From the NCBI GenBank assembly GCA_965237525.1, contig CBDEFO010000008.1, positions 448,001-512,000 on the forward strand: a stretch of 64,000 nucleotides of DNA, in the 5' to 3' direction. The first letter of the stretch is position 1. Every line of letters starts with the position of its first letter. Shown piece by piece: positions 1 through 10,739 of this stretch. The position numbers were made by a program, and so were the translations under genes. The DNA comes from Candidatus Latescibacterota bacterium. GTDB taxonomy: Bacteria; Latescibacterota; CBDEFO01. Under the pieces are notes generated by a model. That model saw only the letters and a program-made list of their open reading frames with translations. It was not told the origin of the DNA and did not search any database.

Positions 1-462
1 CGTGGTGGTCAACGCCCCCGTTACCCTATTACCAACGACGTAATTTACAGTCCCTATAAGCCCCGTTTTTAAGCCTCCAGCCTCCATTATAGACTTCACC
101 AGCATTGACACAGTGGTCTTTCCGTTGGTGCCCGTGACGCCTATGACCCTCAATTTCTTCCACGGTTCGTTGTAGAACCTGCTTGAAATAGGAGATAACG
201 CCCTTCGGGAGTCTTCGACCACAATTTTCGTAACGCCCCTTTGGATCTTTCTATCTTTCTGGATCACTAGAGCCACAGTCCCGGACGCTACCGCATCCTC
301 AACAAAATCGTGACCGTCGAAGTTCTCCCCGCTAAAAGCCACAAACAGAGTGCCTTGAGAAATCTTTCTCCTCGTATCGTATTCAATTGCGGATATGTCC
401 AGGCCAACGTCGCCCAATATCCGAGCCTGAGGCAGATGTCCAACGAGATCTTTAAGTCTCAT
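1..462 (-). CDS. murE: UDP-N-acetylmuramoyl-tripeptide synthetase MurE, 5' part (runs off the window)
   Basis: Manual translation from ATG 462 gives MRLKDLVG...FDGHDF...VIGVTGTNGKTT (Mur ligase P-loop); lies directly after ftsI. Confidence 0.9.
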   Translation of the reverse strand, partial: MRLKDLVGHLPQARILGDVGLDISAIEYDTRRKISQGTLFVAFSGENFDGHDFVEDAVASGTVALVIQKDRKIQRGVTKIVVEDSRRALSPISSRFYNEPWKKLRVIGVTGTNGKTTVSMLVKSIMEAGGLKTGLIGTVNYVVGNRVTGALTTT

Positions 463-467
463 CTTCT

Positions 468-2240
468 CTAATTATCGCCGTAAACTGTCAGCACCGACAG
501 TCTACTATCCTCCTCAACTCCCCCATCAGCCACAGGATTTATGGAAGGCACCCTCCGTACTATTTCAACAGGCGGATTACTCGAATTTAGGATCTGTTCC
601 ACAATCCTTTTGAACGCCGGAGCCCCCACCTCTCCACCCCAGTGCGCCCCTTCAGGTCTGTCAACTACCACGATACAAACAAGTTCGGGATCAGCAGCAG
701 GCAAGAACCCTACGAACGAAGCTATGAACTCACCCTTAGCATAACCCCGTCTGTGTTCGGAAGCCCTTTGAGCTGTCCCGGTCTTTCCAGCAATATCTAC
801 TCCTTCAATCTGAGCCTTGATTCCCGTTCCTCTTAAGACACACTCTCGTAATAGATCTGTCAACGTTTGAGCCTTGTCTTGGGACATAATCGTTCTTATA
901 GCTTGAGGCTTAGTCTTTTTTATAACTTTTTTGTCCCCGTCCACCACCGACTTTAGAACGAATGGCCTCATAAGTACTCCCCCGTTTGCGACGGCAGAAT
1001 AGGCCGTAGCCATCTGAAGGACTGTCACCGATACCTCCTGACCTATTGTCACAGACGCCAACGACCTTCCGGACCATTCGGACGGACTCCTTAAAACGCC
1101 TCCTGCCTCTCCAGGCAGATCGATCCCTGTTCTATTCCCGAACCCGAAAATCACTCCATATTTGTAGAGCCATTCGTCTCCTAACCGCTGGGCCACCTTG
1201 ATCATCCCTATATTGCTGGAATTGCCTATTACCTCCCTGAAGCTTAACCACCCATACTTGTGAGAATCGCGCACAGGGCCTCCTGGTACGGACATTTGCC
1301 CGTTCTCACAGAAAATCATTTCCTCAGGCCCTGTTACTCCTCTTTCCAAAGCCGCCGCGGCGGCGACTATTTTAAACGTTGAGCCGGGTTCATAAAGATC
1401 TGTAATAGCCCGATTCCTTGCAAACTCCAAACTTGGACTGTTCGGGTTGTACAAGGGCACATTAGCCATAGCTAAGATTTCTCCTGTCTTGGGAGCCATA
1501 ATGACCACCGTTCCGCTCTTAGCGTTGTACTTCTCCACGGTCCTTTGCAGTTCATCCTCTGCTATTGCCTGATAGATTGCATCGATAGTCAACACTACAT
1601 CTTTCCCGTTCTGAGGACGCTCTGTAATCTCCATCGTATAAGGTAGCGTTTGACCATGACCGTCTATTTGAAAGACCATCCATCCCGGCGTCCCTCCAAG
1701 GTAATCGTCATACATTAGCTCTGCGGCCTCTATTCCATTACTATCAATATCAGTATGTCCTATGAGATGTCCTGCTAAAGTCCCCCGTGGATAGACCCGC
1801 TTCATCTCCTTAAACTTATATAGACCAGCAACATTCTCCAACCCCATCCCATCTGTGGACATCTTGTCAATTTTTCTCTTCAGCCAAACGAAAGTCTGCT
1901 CCGTCGACAGCCGATTCAAAAAACTCGACGGTTCATCCCCTGTGACGCGACAGATGCTGTAAGCTATTTTCCTTTTTTCCTCATCTTCAACCCTTGACGG
2001 ATCGGCGGCCAGAGAATAAGAACTCAGATTTGCCGTAAGCTGGACGCCCTTTCGATCCAGAATATGACCTCGCAAACCATTGATCGAAATTCTCCTTTCG
2101 TGCTGTTGTCTTGCACGCTGTGTATAGTAATCACTCTTCCACACCTGTATGTAAAAGAGTCTGCCAGCCAACGCCAGCCAGAAAATCCCTCCCAAAAGGA
2201 GGATAAGCTTCAGCCTGATGTGGTATAACCTGTATTTCAT
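468..2240 (-). CDS. ftsI: Peptidoglycan transpeptidase FtsI/PBP3
   Basis: N-terminal TM, RG.I.DR, EPGSTFK (SxxK), SSN and KTGT motifs; dcw context. Confidence 0.93.
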   Translation of the reverse strand: MKYRLYHIRLKLILLLGGIFWLALAGRLFYIQVWKSDYYTQRARQQHERRISINGLRGHILDRKGVQLTANLSSYSLAADPSRVEDEEKRKIAYSICRVTGDEPSSFLNRLSTEQTFVWLKRKIDKMSTDGMGLENVAGLYKFKEMKRVYPRGTLAGHLIGHTDIDSNGIEAAELMYDDYLGGTPGWMVFQIDGHGQTLPYTMEITERPQNGKDVVLTIDAIYQAIAEDELQRTVEKYNAKSGTVVIMAPKTGEILAMANVPLYNPNSPSLEFARNRAITDLYEPGSTFKIVAAAAALERGVTGPEEMIFCENGQMSVPGGPVRDSHKYGWLSFREVIGNSSNIGMIKVAQRLGDEWLYKYGVIFGFGNRTGIDLPGEAGGVLRSPSEWSGRSLASVTIGQEVSVTVLQMATAYSAVANGGVLMRPFVLKSVVDGDKKVIKKTKPQAIRTIMSQDKAQTLTDLLRECVLRGTGIKAQIEGVDIAGKTGTAQRASEHRRGYAKGEFIASFVGFLPAADPELVCIVVVDRPEGAHWGGEVGAPAFKRIVEQILNSSNPPVEIVRRVPSINPVADGGVEEDSRLSVLTVYGDN

Positions 2241-2422
2241 GGAATTTAACGCGGGAGACTCCCATTAGACAGCGTAAAGTGGACGGGGCAGCGCGGATGT
2301 GCGCCCTGTCTACCATCTACTACGAGTTGGGGCGCAGCCTTCAGCCGCTAACATGGCACCCCTTTGGTGAGCGCTGTCTGAGAAGCTCCACGACTCATTG
2401 GGGATAGTCGCCACATTTGCTT

Positions 2423-2743
2423 CTATCTATCCTTCACAAAGATTTCCACCGGCGTTCCCTGGGGCAAAATCATATCCAGTTTTTCTCTGGCTATCTTCAC
2501 AATTCTTCTGATGTCTGTACGCTCTACAAATTCCGCTCTTCGATAACTATTTCTATCCTCTACTCTCGCCTTTTCCGACTTCAACTCCTTAATCTGCTGG
2601 GACAGCTCTGAGACCGACGACATCTGCCAAATATGACCTACCATTCCTCCTACAAGTACGATCAAGAAGAATAGATTTCTTGTGTACCTATAGCTACGAC
2701 GATGTCTTCTTCCTATACGGGTCATTCCACCTATCTCCGCCAC
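2423..2743 (-). CDS. ftsL: Cell division protein FtsL-like
   Basis: Basic N-terminus, single TM, coiled coil, IAREKLDM motif; lies between rsmH and ftsI. Confidence 0.8.
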   Translation of the reverse strand: MAEIGGMTRIGRRHRRSYRYTRNLFFLIVLVGGMVGHIWQMSSVSELSQQIKELKSEKARVEDRNSYRRAEFVERTDIRRIVKIAREKLDMILPQGTPVEIFVKDR

Positions 2744-3015
2744 TGGTACAATATCAGTGCGCCTGACCTTACTTCATGACTATAATTCACCGAAGTGCCT
2801 CGGTAAAGTCCAATAACCTTGTTAACTTAATTCGGCAAATCTTTAAAAGCTCCCTAAAAAACGTAAAAAGCACGAAACCATTTGCAAAAAAGTTCGTAAT
2901 CTCTTGGGAGAACTATGGGTTTTGAGATGACGACCCAACTCCTTTTGTCTGAATTAGCTTCACGCTGATACTAGATCAAGCTTAATCTTTATTTCTCAAC
3001 ATATAGGATAGAGAT

Positions 3016-3966
3016 TCAGCTGTCTATCTTTAATTTCTCAGCTGCTCTTAGCCTTGCGCTTTTTGCTCTCGGATTTTTCTCCACTTCAAGGGCCGAAGGG
3101 AAAATAGCCTTTCGATCAACAAGCTTAAGTGTCCTCTTTCGCCCACAGGCGCAGATCGGAACGCCCGGCGGACATACACAACCCTGAACGTACTCCTTGA
3201 ACAGTGATTTAGCTATTCTATCCTCCAGAGAGTGATACGAAATCACTACTATCCTGCGTTTCGTCTTAAGCAGATCTATGGCAGTTCTCAGAGAACTCTC
3301 CAGATTCGCAAGCTCCTGATTAATCTCTATCCTTATAGCTTGGAATACCCTCGCAAGCGTCTTATGAACATGCCTTGGGGTCGGCAAAACAGATCTTACA
3401 ATTTCCCTCAGATCAGGCGTACTTTCTATGCGCTTCAACTTCCTTTCTTTACACACCATCTGAGCAATCTTGCCCGCGTATCTCTCCTGGCCGTACTCCC
3501 TGAATATGCGAACTAAATCCTCCAAACGAAAGGAGTTTAAGACATCTTCAGCCGTTAGCCCGATATTAGGGCTCATCCTCATATTCAAAGGACCGTCACC
3601 TCGATAACTAAATCCCCTTTCCCTAGTATCTATCTGATGTGACGAGACTCCTAAGTCGAACAGAATGCCATCGATCGCATCAATTCTGTTCGACTTGAGA
3701 ACTTTAGATAGATTCCAGAACTCAGTCTGGAAAAGGACAACCCTATTTTCAAACCTTTCAAGCTTTAACCTGGAAGCTGCAATAGCCTCCGGGTCCCGAT
3801 CTATTCCGATTAGACGCCCCCTTGATAACCCGGACAAGATGGACTCAGCGTGCCCTCCTCCTCCGACCGTAGCGTCAACGTAGATTCCATTTGCGTCGGT
3901 TACTATTCTCTCTACGACCTCTCTGGGCATCACAGGAACATGGAAACCTTCCGAATCCCGGGACAT
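3016..3966 (-). CDS. rsmH: 16S rRNA m4C1402 methyltransferase
   Basis: HVPVM, DATVGGGGH, DLGVSS, ISYHSLEDR and NPRAKSARLR motifs. Confidence 0.97.
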   Translation of the reverse strand: MSRDSEGFHVPVMPREVVERIVTDANGIYVDATVGGGGHAESILSGLSRGRLIGIDRDPEAIAASRLKLERFENRVVLFQTEFWNLSKVLKSNRIDAIDGILFDLGVSSHQIDTRERGFSYRGDGPLNMRMSPNIGLTAEDVLNSFRLEDLVRIFREYGQERYAGKIAQMVCKERKLKRIESTPDLREIVRSVLPTPRHVHKTLARVFQAIRIEINQELANLESSLRTAIDLLKTKRRIVVISYHSLEDRIAKSLFKEYVQGCVCPPGVPICACGRKRTLKLVDRKAIFPSALEVEKNPRAKSARLRAAEKLKIDS

Positions 3967-3968
3967 AA

Positions 3969-4439
3969 CTAATCTGAGTTTGCCCCTCCCTTATTTTTAA
4001 AATCTAACTGTTCCGCTACCTCCTCCAAAGTCTTGTCAGCATCCTTCATGTAGTCTTCAAATTTCTCGGGGTCCCACAACTCTATCCAGTCTAAAGCCCC
4101 AATCACCGTTACGCTACCATCAATGCCCACCTTATCTAAAAGCGTCTTTGGTACAGTTATCCGCCCGTGACTGTCTATCTTGGCCTCAGACGCACGAGAA
4201 ACCACAGTCCTTATATACTGCCTCGCCTTCTTCTCATTTGTGGACAACCGTCTTATTTCATCCGCAAACTTGTTCCACTCGTCTAAAGGCCTCACCGCAA
4301 GACATCCATCATAGCCCATAGATACCACAAAGGTCTCTCTAGCCTCAGGAGAAAGAGTTCTGCGAAAAGACGAGGGTATATTGATCCTCCCCTTCGGATC
4401 CACATTGACCCTTTCATATTCTCCCATGAAGTGCGGCAT
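3969..4439 (-). CDS. mraZ: Transcriptional regulator MraZ
   Basis: Two DxKGR/DxHGR repeats; first gene of the dcw cluster. Confidence 0.95.
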   Translation of the reverse strand: MPHFMGEYERVNVDPKGRINIPSSFRRTLSPEARETFVVSMGYDGCLAVRPLDEWNKFADEIRRLSTNEKKARQYIRTVVSRASEAKIDSHGRITVPKTLLDKVGIDGSVTVIGALDWIELWDPEKFEDYMKDADKTLEEVAEQLDFKNKGGANSD

Positions 4440-4476
4440 TGCAAGCCCTATCCTCTATACAAAACACCCTCTATTA

Positions 4477-4541
4477 TCCCTTTCAGCCCACTTTATCCCA
4501 CTCCGACCCGCTATAATATAGAAAATTACGTCTAAACGCAA
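4477..4541 (-). promoter_or_regulatory. dcw promoter with MraZ-binding repeats
   Basis: Minus strand TTGCGT-17-TATTAT followed by GCGGG, GTGGG, GTGGG and AAGGG at a 10-bp period. Confidence 0.7.
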
Positions 4542-4786
4542 GAGAAATTTTTAGCGACCATAAAAAAAATCAGGGGCTTGCTGAACTTTTGGATAGCTGT
4601 AATGCACAAAAACGTGGAATTCGAGATTCTAGGGAGGGATTAAGCTAGTGTTTTACCAACTAACAGATGAAGAACGTGCCAGTTTGTTAAACTGATTCGA
4701 GGCGGCAAGCCATCGGCTCACAGATGATGGGTAGCAGGCGATGTACAGCATAGAGGCCAACATCCTTGCCTTCAATGCTGCGCTGG

Positions 4787-5525
4787 TCACTTACGAGCCA
4801 TAGTTATGAATCTAAGGCTCGTCTCTTTATTGTATGAATCGAAATTGTAAGTGCCATAGAAGTCCACTGCCCTGAAGCCAGCCGGTTTTGGCAGCTTTTC
4901 ATGATCATCTCTCAGAAGAATATGCACGTCGGTAGTCCAGACCTTTAGACCATTGTCCTCCTGGCTATGAAAGATATCCAAAACGTTGTACCGACAGCAT
5001 CTTTCGGCGACGCAGTCGATTACATAGAGCCGCGAACCGTCCTCAGTACCGCTATTACGAATGAACCGCTTTTCTCGTTCCATGCTTGTCCGTCATTCCT
5101 TGGTCCAGGACCAGTATTCCGTCTTTAGCTAATACAGTGCGCATACTGTGAAAGGCCCGTGATGTTTCATCATCGTTAGGTAGGTGAAATATCGCGGCAG
5201 ACCAGCATACAACGGCGACGAATCGCTCACTGAAAAGCTGTGGCAGTTCGCGGTAGTCCACTTTGTGAAGCGGCACACTTATACCGCCTTTATCTGGGTT
5301 TCTCTGTGCTTCTGTGAGCATAGATTCTGAGAGGTCGGAGTCAACGACATCACGGCCCAGGGAATGAAACAAGAGAAGCTTGCGTCCCGTTCCGCAGGCA
5401 CAGTCCAGAACCTTATGAACATGATTGTCAAAAAAGAGCCTTCGGAAAAACTCAACTATCTCTGGATCACTTTCGTAGAATAGTTCATTCCGGTCGGCGA
5501 TGTCCTCGTAGGGGTCATAGCTCAT
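4787..5525 (-). pseudogene. Class I SAM-dependent methyltransferase, frameshifted
   Basis: VLDCACGTG motif I; two overlapping ORFs (5055-5525 and 4787-5083) in different frames. Confidence 0.75.
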
Positions 5526-5583
5526 GGCTTGTGCCTCCCAAACATGTGCAGGGTCTTTCCCAGCATATCACGCTAGCCCTTTT

Positions 5584-6626
5584 TTATCCCCTCACTCCAT
5601 ATTTCTGGATAGCATCCATATCGAGCTTTACTCCAAGTCCTGGTCCATCCGGTACGGCTACCGTCCCATCGACGACGGGAACATCCTCGATCACACAGTC
5701 GTCCTCCTTCGCCCAGAGTCCCACGATGTCGTGAGGCTGTGTCATTCCAGGACCAGCCGCGCAGAGGTGCAGAGCCGTGGCAAGTGCCACATCTAATCCT
5801 GATGATTGAGTCCAGACTCTGATCCCAAGCACCGCCGATGATCACATAGTCGACAGCCTCAGACGACCACATCTGTAAAGCCCTTTGGACATAGCCATGC
5901 TCTGCAACAGGGATAGATATTCGATGCCTGAGCCTTTTCCACTGCGACCAAGAGCTTCTGTGTGCCGCCGTAGCAACGGGACTTTCAAGGCAGCCTATCT
6001 TCTGACCTTCAAGACGCTTGGGAAGCTCCTCTGCCGCCCAGAACTCAACGAGCCTTCGGCGCATATCGGGACGCACTGCCATATCCGGCACCCCTTTATG
6101 GATAGCCTCCACACGGTCGGCGACGTAATCTATGTGATCCCCCAGGTGGGGAGTATTCGACTCAACTATTAAAGCTCATCTTATAGGTCCAGAAGCCATG
6201 CTCCCATCCCAGACCGCATCTGTAGTGGTGTTTTCAACAGTCTTGTACCCAGTGCAAAGCGTTACAGGGATTCGATCTTTAAGGGCACCCCCCAACAACT
6301 CTGAGATCGGACACCCCAACACCTTGCCCCTTATGTCCAGTATTGCGGACTTGAAGGCTTTCCTGATCACAGGCGGCGTGTCCAGGAGTGCAAGATTAAC
6401 CCTCATGGGATCCCGTCCGGGCCATTTGGCCACCTATGACTCACCCTTTTGGGGGACCGCAGCAAAGTCCTACCACCCCGACTCCATCTACCCTCTCATC
6501 CGTCCGGATCAGGATGAACGCCATAAGGTCTTTTCGATGCGACGGCATCCCGAAGGCCTCGTCCGGACAACCCCACGGCCTGTCAGGAATGTCAACAGCA
6601 TGGAGATCCAAAGATGTAATCTTCAT
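5584..6626 (-). pseudogene. Mandelate racemase/muconate lactonizing (enolase superfamily) enzyme, fragmented
   Basis: Pieces MKITSLDL..IRTD, AILDIRGKVLGCPISELLGG and C-terminal VPDGPGLGVKLD spread over several frames. Confidence 0.8.
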
Positions 6627-6699
6627 GAAAACCTCCTAAAAAAACAGCTGGATAATTGCTCATCCAGCTGTTTCGAAAATCGACAATCTTTTAAGTCTT

Positions 6700-6774
6700 T
6701 GGAGGCGGCACCCAGATTCGAACTGGGGAATAAGGGTTTTGCAGACCCTCGCCTTACCGCTTGGCTATGCCGCC
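6700..6774 (-). tRNA. tRNA-Cys(GCA)
   Basis: GGCGGCATAGCCAAGCGGTAAGGC..CTGCAAA..GTTCGAATC..GCCGCCTCCA; cloverleaf with encoded CCA. Confidence 0.97.
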
Positions 6775-6814
6775 TGTTGAACTCCTCGTCCCAACAGGTA
6801 AATTCCTAAACAAA

Positions 6815-6889
6815 TGGAGCGGGAAACGGGATTCGAACCCGCGACAACTACCTTGGCAAGGTAGGGCTCTACCACTGAGCTATTCCCGC
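6815..6889 (-). tRNA. tRNA-Gly(GCC)
   Basis: GCGGGAATAGCTCAGTGGTAGAGC..TTGCCAA..GGTTCGAATCCC..CCCGCTCCA. Confidence 0.97.
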
Positions 6890-6899
6890 CTCTGAAATG

Positions 6900-6928
6900 A
6901 AGTTAAAAGCGTTTTCCGTATATGTCAA
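6900..6928 (-). promoter_or_regulatory. Sigma70 promoter of the tRNA pair
   Basis: TTGACA-17-TAACTT about 10 bp upstream of tRNA-Gly. Confidence 0.7.
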
Positions 6929-6951
6929 GACTTTTTTCTGAAACGATCCAA

Positions 6952-7467
6952 TCAAACGTTCAGAATATCATAGTCACATCTTCTAAACTCACACACAAAG
7001 GCTAAATCGTCCACTAATCTCTCTAAAACCTCCTTCGTTAAAATGTAACTCACCCGCTTCCGTGATTTTCGCTCCTTTATATAGTTGTACCTCACCGCGC
7101 TGATTGAAGGATCGTCTCTAAGCGTCATCTCATAATAGAAGATGTGATCTTTATCCTCCCTGGGAGGGTAACTCCTCAAAAGAGCAAAACCCTTATCTTT
7201 ATTAACCTCTACCAATCTGATATCCTCCAGAAGGTAATTCACCTTTTGAGATAGCTCGGAAGCCCTCGACTCCAAGTTCCCCTCAATCCGATCATCTTTT
7301 CTCCCCTTCACCTTTAACTCCAAAACCGAACATCCCAGACGATCCAGATCACTCAACTCAAGTTTCGCTTTGCTCCCCTCATGCTCAGCCGCAACTACAA
7401 GCGGCAGGTTTGTTTCTGTAACCGTCAGATTATCTAATACTCGTACAAGCTTTCGTCCCACACCCAT
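6952..7467 (-). CDS. Hypothetical protein, last gene of the prkA-yeaH-spoVR operon
   Basis: Intact 171-aa ORF starting 2 bp after the spoVR stop. Confidence 0.7.
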   Translation of the reverse strand: MGVGRKLVRVLDNLTVTETNLPLVVAAEHEGSKAKLELSDLDRLGCSVLELKVKGRKDDRIEGNLESRASELSQKVNYLLEDIRLVEVNKDKGFALLRSYPPREDKDHIFYYEMTLRDDPSISAVRYNYIKERKSRKRVSYILTKEVLERLVDDLAFVCEFRRCDYDILNV

Positions 7468-7469
7468 TT

Positions 7470-8971
7470 TTAAGCACCTCCTAACTCCCTGGCGGTGTGA
7501 TCTTTTCCGTCGTAGGTAAGCAGAATGGGTCTATTGCTTACCACAGTCTGTAAATGAACTGGACGTCCCCAGATGGTCTGAATGTGCTTCAACGTATCCT
7601 TTGCATAATCTATCCTCAGATCTATTGCCTCGTGCCGGTGTCTCAAATACAACTCTCCCCTGTTCCTGTAATTCCCGTCCTCGATTAAAACAAATGGCCT
7701 TCCAAAATTGGTAAGACTGAACAAAAGCTTCTCCTTTATCTTCTTGAAATCCCTGCTTGCAATCTCATAATTTCCCGTATTTTTCAGTATACTTATAGGT
7801 AAATAGCTTGTGTTACCGGCAGAAATCGTCGGTCAAAAATGTATCTATGAATGTCACATCGTTGTAAATCTTCCTCACCTCAAAGATCTTTTCTCTACCA
7901 AGACCTAACTTTCTATCCCAATTTCTCCTTTCCTCCAGACTTTCGCACTCTTCGTACCCTTTCCCGAACTTCCCCTGGTCCCACCTTGTTTCAATGTCCC
8001 TGAAAAGCTCCACTCCGATCTTATAAGGATTCACCCTACCTGGTCTTGTGCCCAATGTCCCGGAATGGTGGTCCGCGTAATCTATGATCTCCGAATCTTT
8101 TGCTACTTTCCCTGTCATGATCTTCGAGTGCCAGTATGTAGACCATCCTTCATTCATTATTTTTGTCTGCCCCTGAGGCGCAAAATAATAGGCCTCTTCC
8201 CTGACAATAGACAGAATATCCTGCTTCCAACTATCCATAGGGGCATTTTCGATCAAAAACAAAAGCACGTCTTTTTCCGACTTCTCAGGAAGCCTCTTTT
8301 CCTGGTTCTTTTCCTCCTCCATCTTTATTTTTTGTTCCGCCAAAAACTCTTTGGGATTTATGAAGTTGTCCATATAATCCTTGCTTTTGAACTTCCCTAC
8401 AGTCCTCTCCTCATCCTCCTCGTCAAAATCGTATTTGGACTTCCCATCGCTCCTTTTAACAAACGGTCTGTGATAGTCAATAAGATCCTCAACCGACAGG
8501 CACACATCGATAAAATTCTCAACTTCTTCCTCTCCGTACTTATCCATATATTTTCGTATCTTTGCCCCGTGATTTGCTATCTCATCCATCATCTTCCTGT
8601 TCGTCTTGGAGAACCAGAAGTTATTCTTGAAGAAATCGCTGTGGGCGCAGACGTGCACCATAACTAACTTTTGATCCACAATAGCTGTTGCACTTTAAAA
8701 GATATGCATAACAAGGATCGTTATTGATCACCATCTCATATATTTTCTGCAGTCCGTAGGAATATCCCTTGTCTATATGTTCATACTCCATCCCGAACCG
8801 CCAGTGGGCATACCTGGTTGGAAACCCGCCGTAGCTTGCGATCTCGTGCATCTGGTCGTAATCTAGGACCTCAAAGATTACATCGAAAAAATCGAGTCCA
8901 AAATCTCGCGCATACTCTTGGATCTCATATTTCAAAAACTTCAGTTCTGTGGGGAATTTCTTGAGAATCAT
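7470..8971 (-). pseudogene. spoVR: SpoVR/YcgB family protein, disrupted
   Basis: [19 protein letters not shown] and TKIMNEGW motifs; +1 shift near 8683, in-frame TAA at 7813-7815, +1 A near 7782. Confidence 0.88.
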
Positions 8972-8979
8972 CCTGTTTT

Positions 8980-10096
8980 CTATTTCCCCTTACCCAAAAA
9001 TTCTTTTATGGAATCGTAGATCGCATCCTTACTGCTGATCTCAGAAGTTATAACTTTGTCATCATCCCCGAACTGTTTTGCGAGCTCCATTACAAACTGT
9101 CCGCTCCCGTAAGGACTTTCCACCTGACCATAGCAGAACATATTGCACTTGGGAATAAGTTCGTCCTCTAATACCTTCAAACACCTGTCGTTATCCTCAC
9201 CCCACTTGTCCCCATCCGAAAAGTGAAAAGGATATATATTCCATTCGGCCGGATTATAATTCTGCTCAATAATCTTATTGCACAGCGCATAAGCCGAAGA
9301 GATCATCGTCCCGCCGCTTTCCCTCGTATAGTAGAAAGTGTCCCTATTCACCTCCCTTGCAGCGGCGTCATGCACGATGTACCTCATCTCTATACCATCG
9401 TACTGCGATCTTAGCCACGAATCTATCCAGAACGACTCGATTCGGACAATCTCCTTTTGCTCGTCAAACATCGAGCCCGAAACATCCATCATATAGATTA
9501 TCACAGCGTTCCTCTCAGGACTATCAATCATCTTCCACGATCTGTACCTTTTATCGTCCTTGATCGCAATAACTATAGGATTTTTCAACATCATAAAGAC
9601 CCGATGTTATCTGCCTTTTTAAGGCTTCCTTGTACGTCCGCTTAAAGTGCCTCAGCGACTCAGGACCAGTCTGCCTTATATCGGTATATTTATACTTCTC
9701 ATCTACAATACTCTTCTTCCCTTTCGGCTCTATGTTCGGTAGCTTCAACTCCTCCCCCAGGATCATGGCCATCTCCTCAATAGATACGTCCACCTCTAAA
9801 ATATGATCGCCCGGCAGATTTCCCGCGCCTGGCCCCGCATCACCCGGCTCGTGTCCTATAGGGGTCCCAATATCCCCTTCTCCCTGTCCGACACCGCCCG
9901 TCTTATTCTCCTCATACTTGAAATGTGGAATCACAATCTGAGGGATAGGGATGCTGACTATGTCTTTTCCTTTTTTTCCTATCAATTCCCCGTTTGTTAT
10001 ATACTTTTTCAGGTTCTCTTTGATCGTTCCTCTGACTATCTTTCTGAACCTGCTTTTGTCCCTTTCTATCTTTCTAACCACAGGGGCCCTCCTCAA
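8980..10096 (-). pseudogene. YeaH/YhbH (DUF444) vWA protein, frameshifted
   Basis: [18 protein letters not shown] and FHFSDGD motifs; +1 A in an A5 run near 9583. Confidence 0.85.
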
Positions 10097-10234
10097 TGTA
10101 CAAGCAAACTACACACAGTGGACAGCATACAGGGTCTCCCCCTCCTCCTCTCCGACTGCTCGCCATGAGATTGCTTGGCTACCAAATCACTCTCATGTGA
10201 TTGAAGCAGGTGCCCCAGACTAATGTCCACGTAC

Positions 10235-10711
10235 TTAATTGCCCTTGACGTCCCCCCTTGCAAATATACTAGCCACAAAGTTCAATACATCGGTAGCGCA
10301 TATTTCACAGTACCCATAGTTCTTTATCATACGAGCTCTGACCACGTCTATCTTCTCCTGAGTCTCCTTATCTACAAGGCTCGACACAAGGCTCGTAAGC
10401 TTTATCGTATCCTTTTGATCCTCGAAAAGTTTCAATTCCAGGGCCTTCTGAAGTCGCTCGTTAGTCTTGTAGTCGAAGGTCTTCCCGTCTATTGCCAAAG
10501 CACCTAGATAATTCATGATTTCTCTTCTGAAATCGTCCTTCCTTGACTCAGGAATATCTATCTTCTCCTCAATAGACCTCATCAATCTCTCGTCCGGCTC
10601 TTCATGCTGACCCGTGTACTTGTTCTTCACCTTCTCTTTAAATGTATAAGCCCTGAGATTGTCAATATAGTTTCCGCACAACCTGGTTAGAGCCTCCTCC
10701 TCGGCCGCAAT
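10235..10711 (-). pseudogene. prkA: PrkA/YeaG family AAA+/serine kinase, C-terminal fragment only
   Basis: [34 protein letters not shown] is typical of the PrkA C-terminus; the N-terminal part is absent. Confidence 0.85.
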
Positions 10712-10739
10712 GCCCACGGCCCGTCCGTGTGGTGCCCTA
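10697..10739 (-). repeat. 43-bp direct repeat, copy 1 (prkA junction)
   Basis: TAGGGCACCACACGGACGGGCCGTGGGCATTGCGGCCGAGGAG, identical to 11507-11549. Confidence 0.95.

Noticed and set aside
4651..4692. attC-like GTTTAAC..GTTAGTT on the minus strand after the methyltransferase
   Set aside because: Too short and lacking the internal L-box complementarity
6198..6809. 203-aa + strand ORF
   Set aside because: It overlaps tRNA-Cys and the enolase pseudogene antisense and has no recognisable motifs
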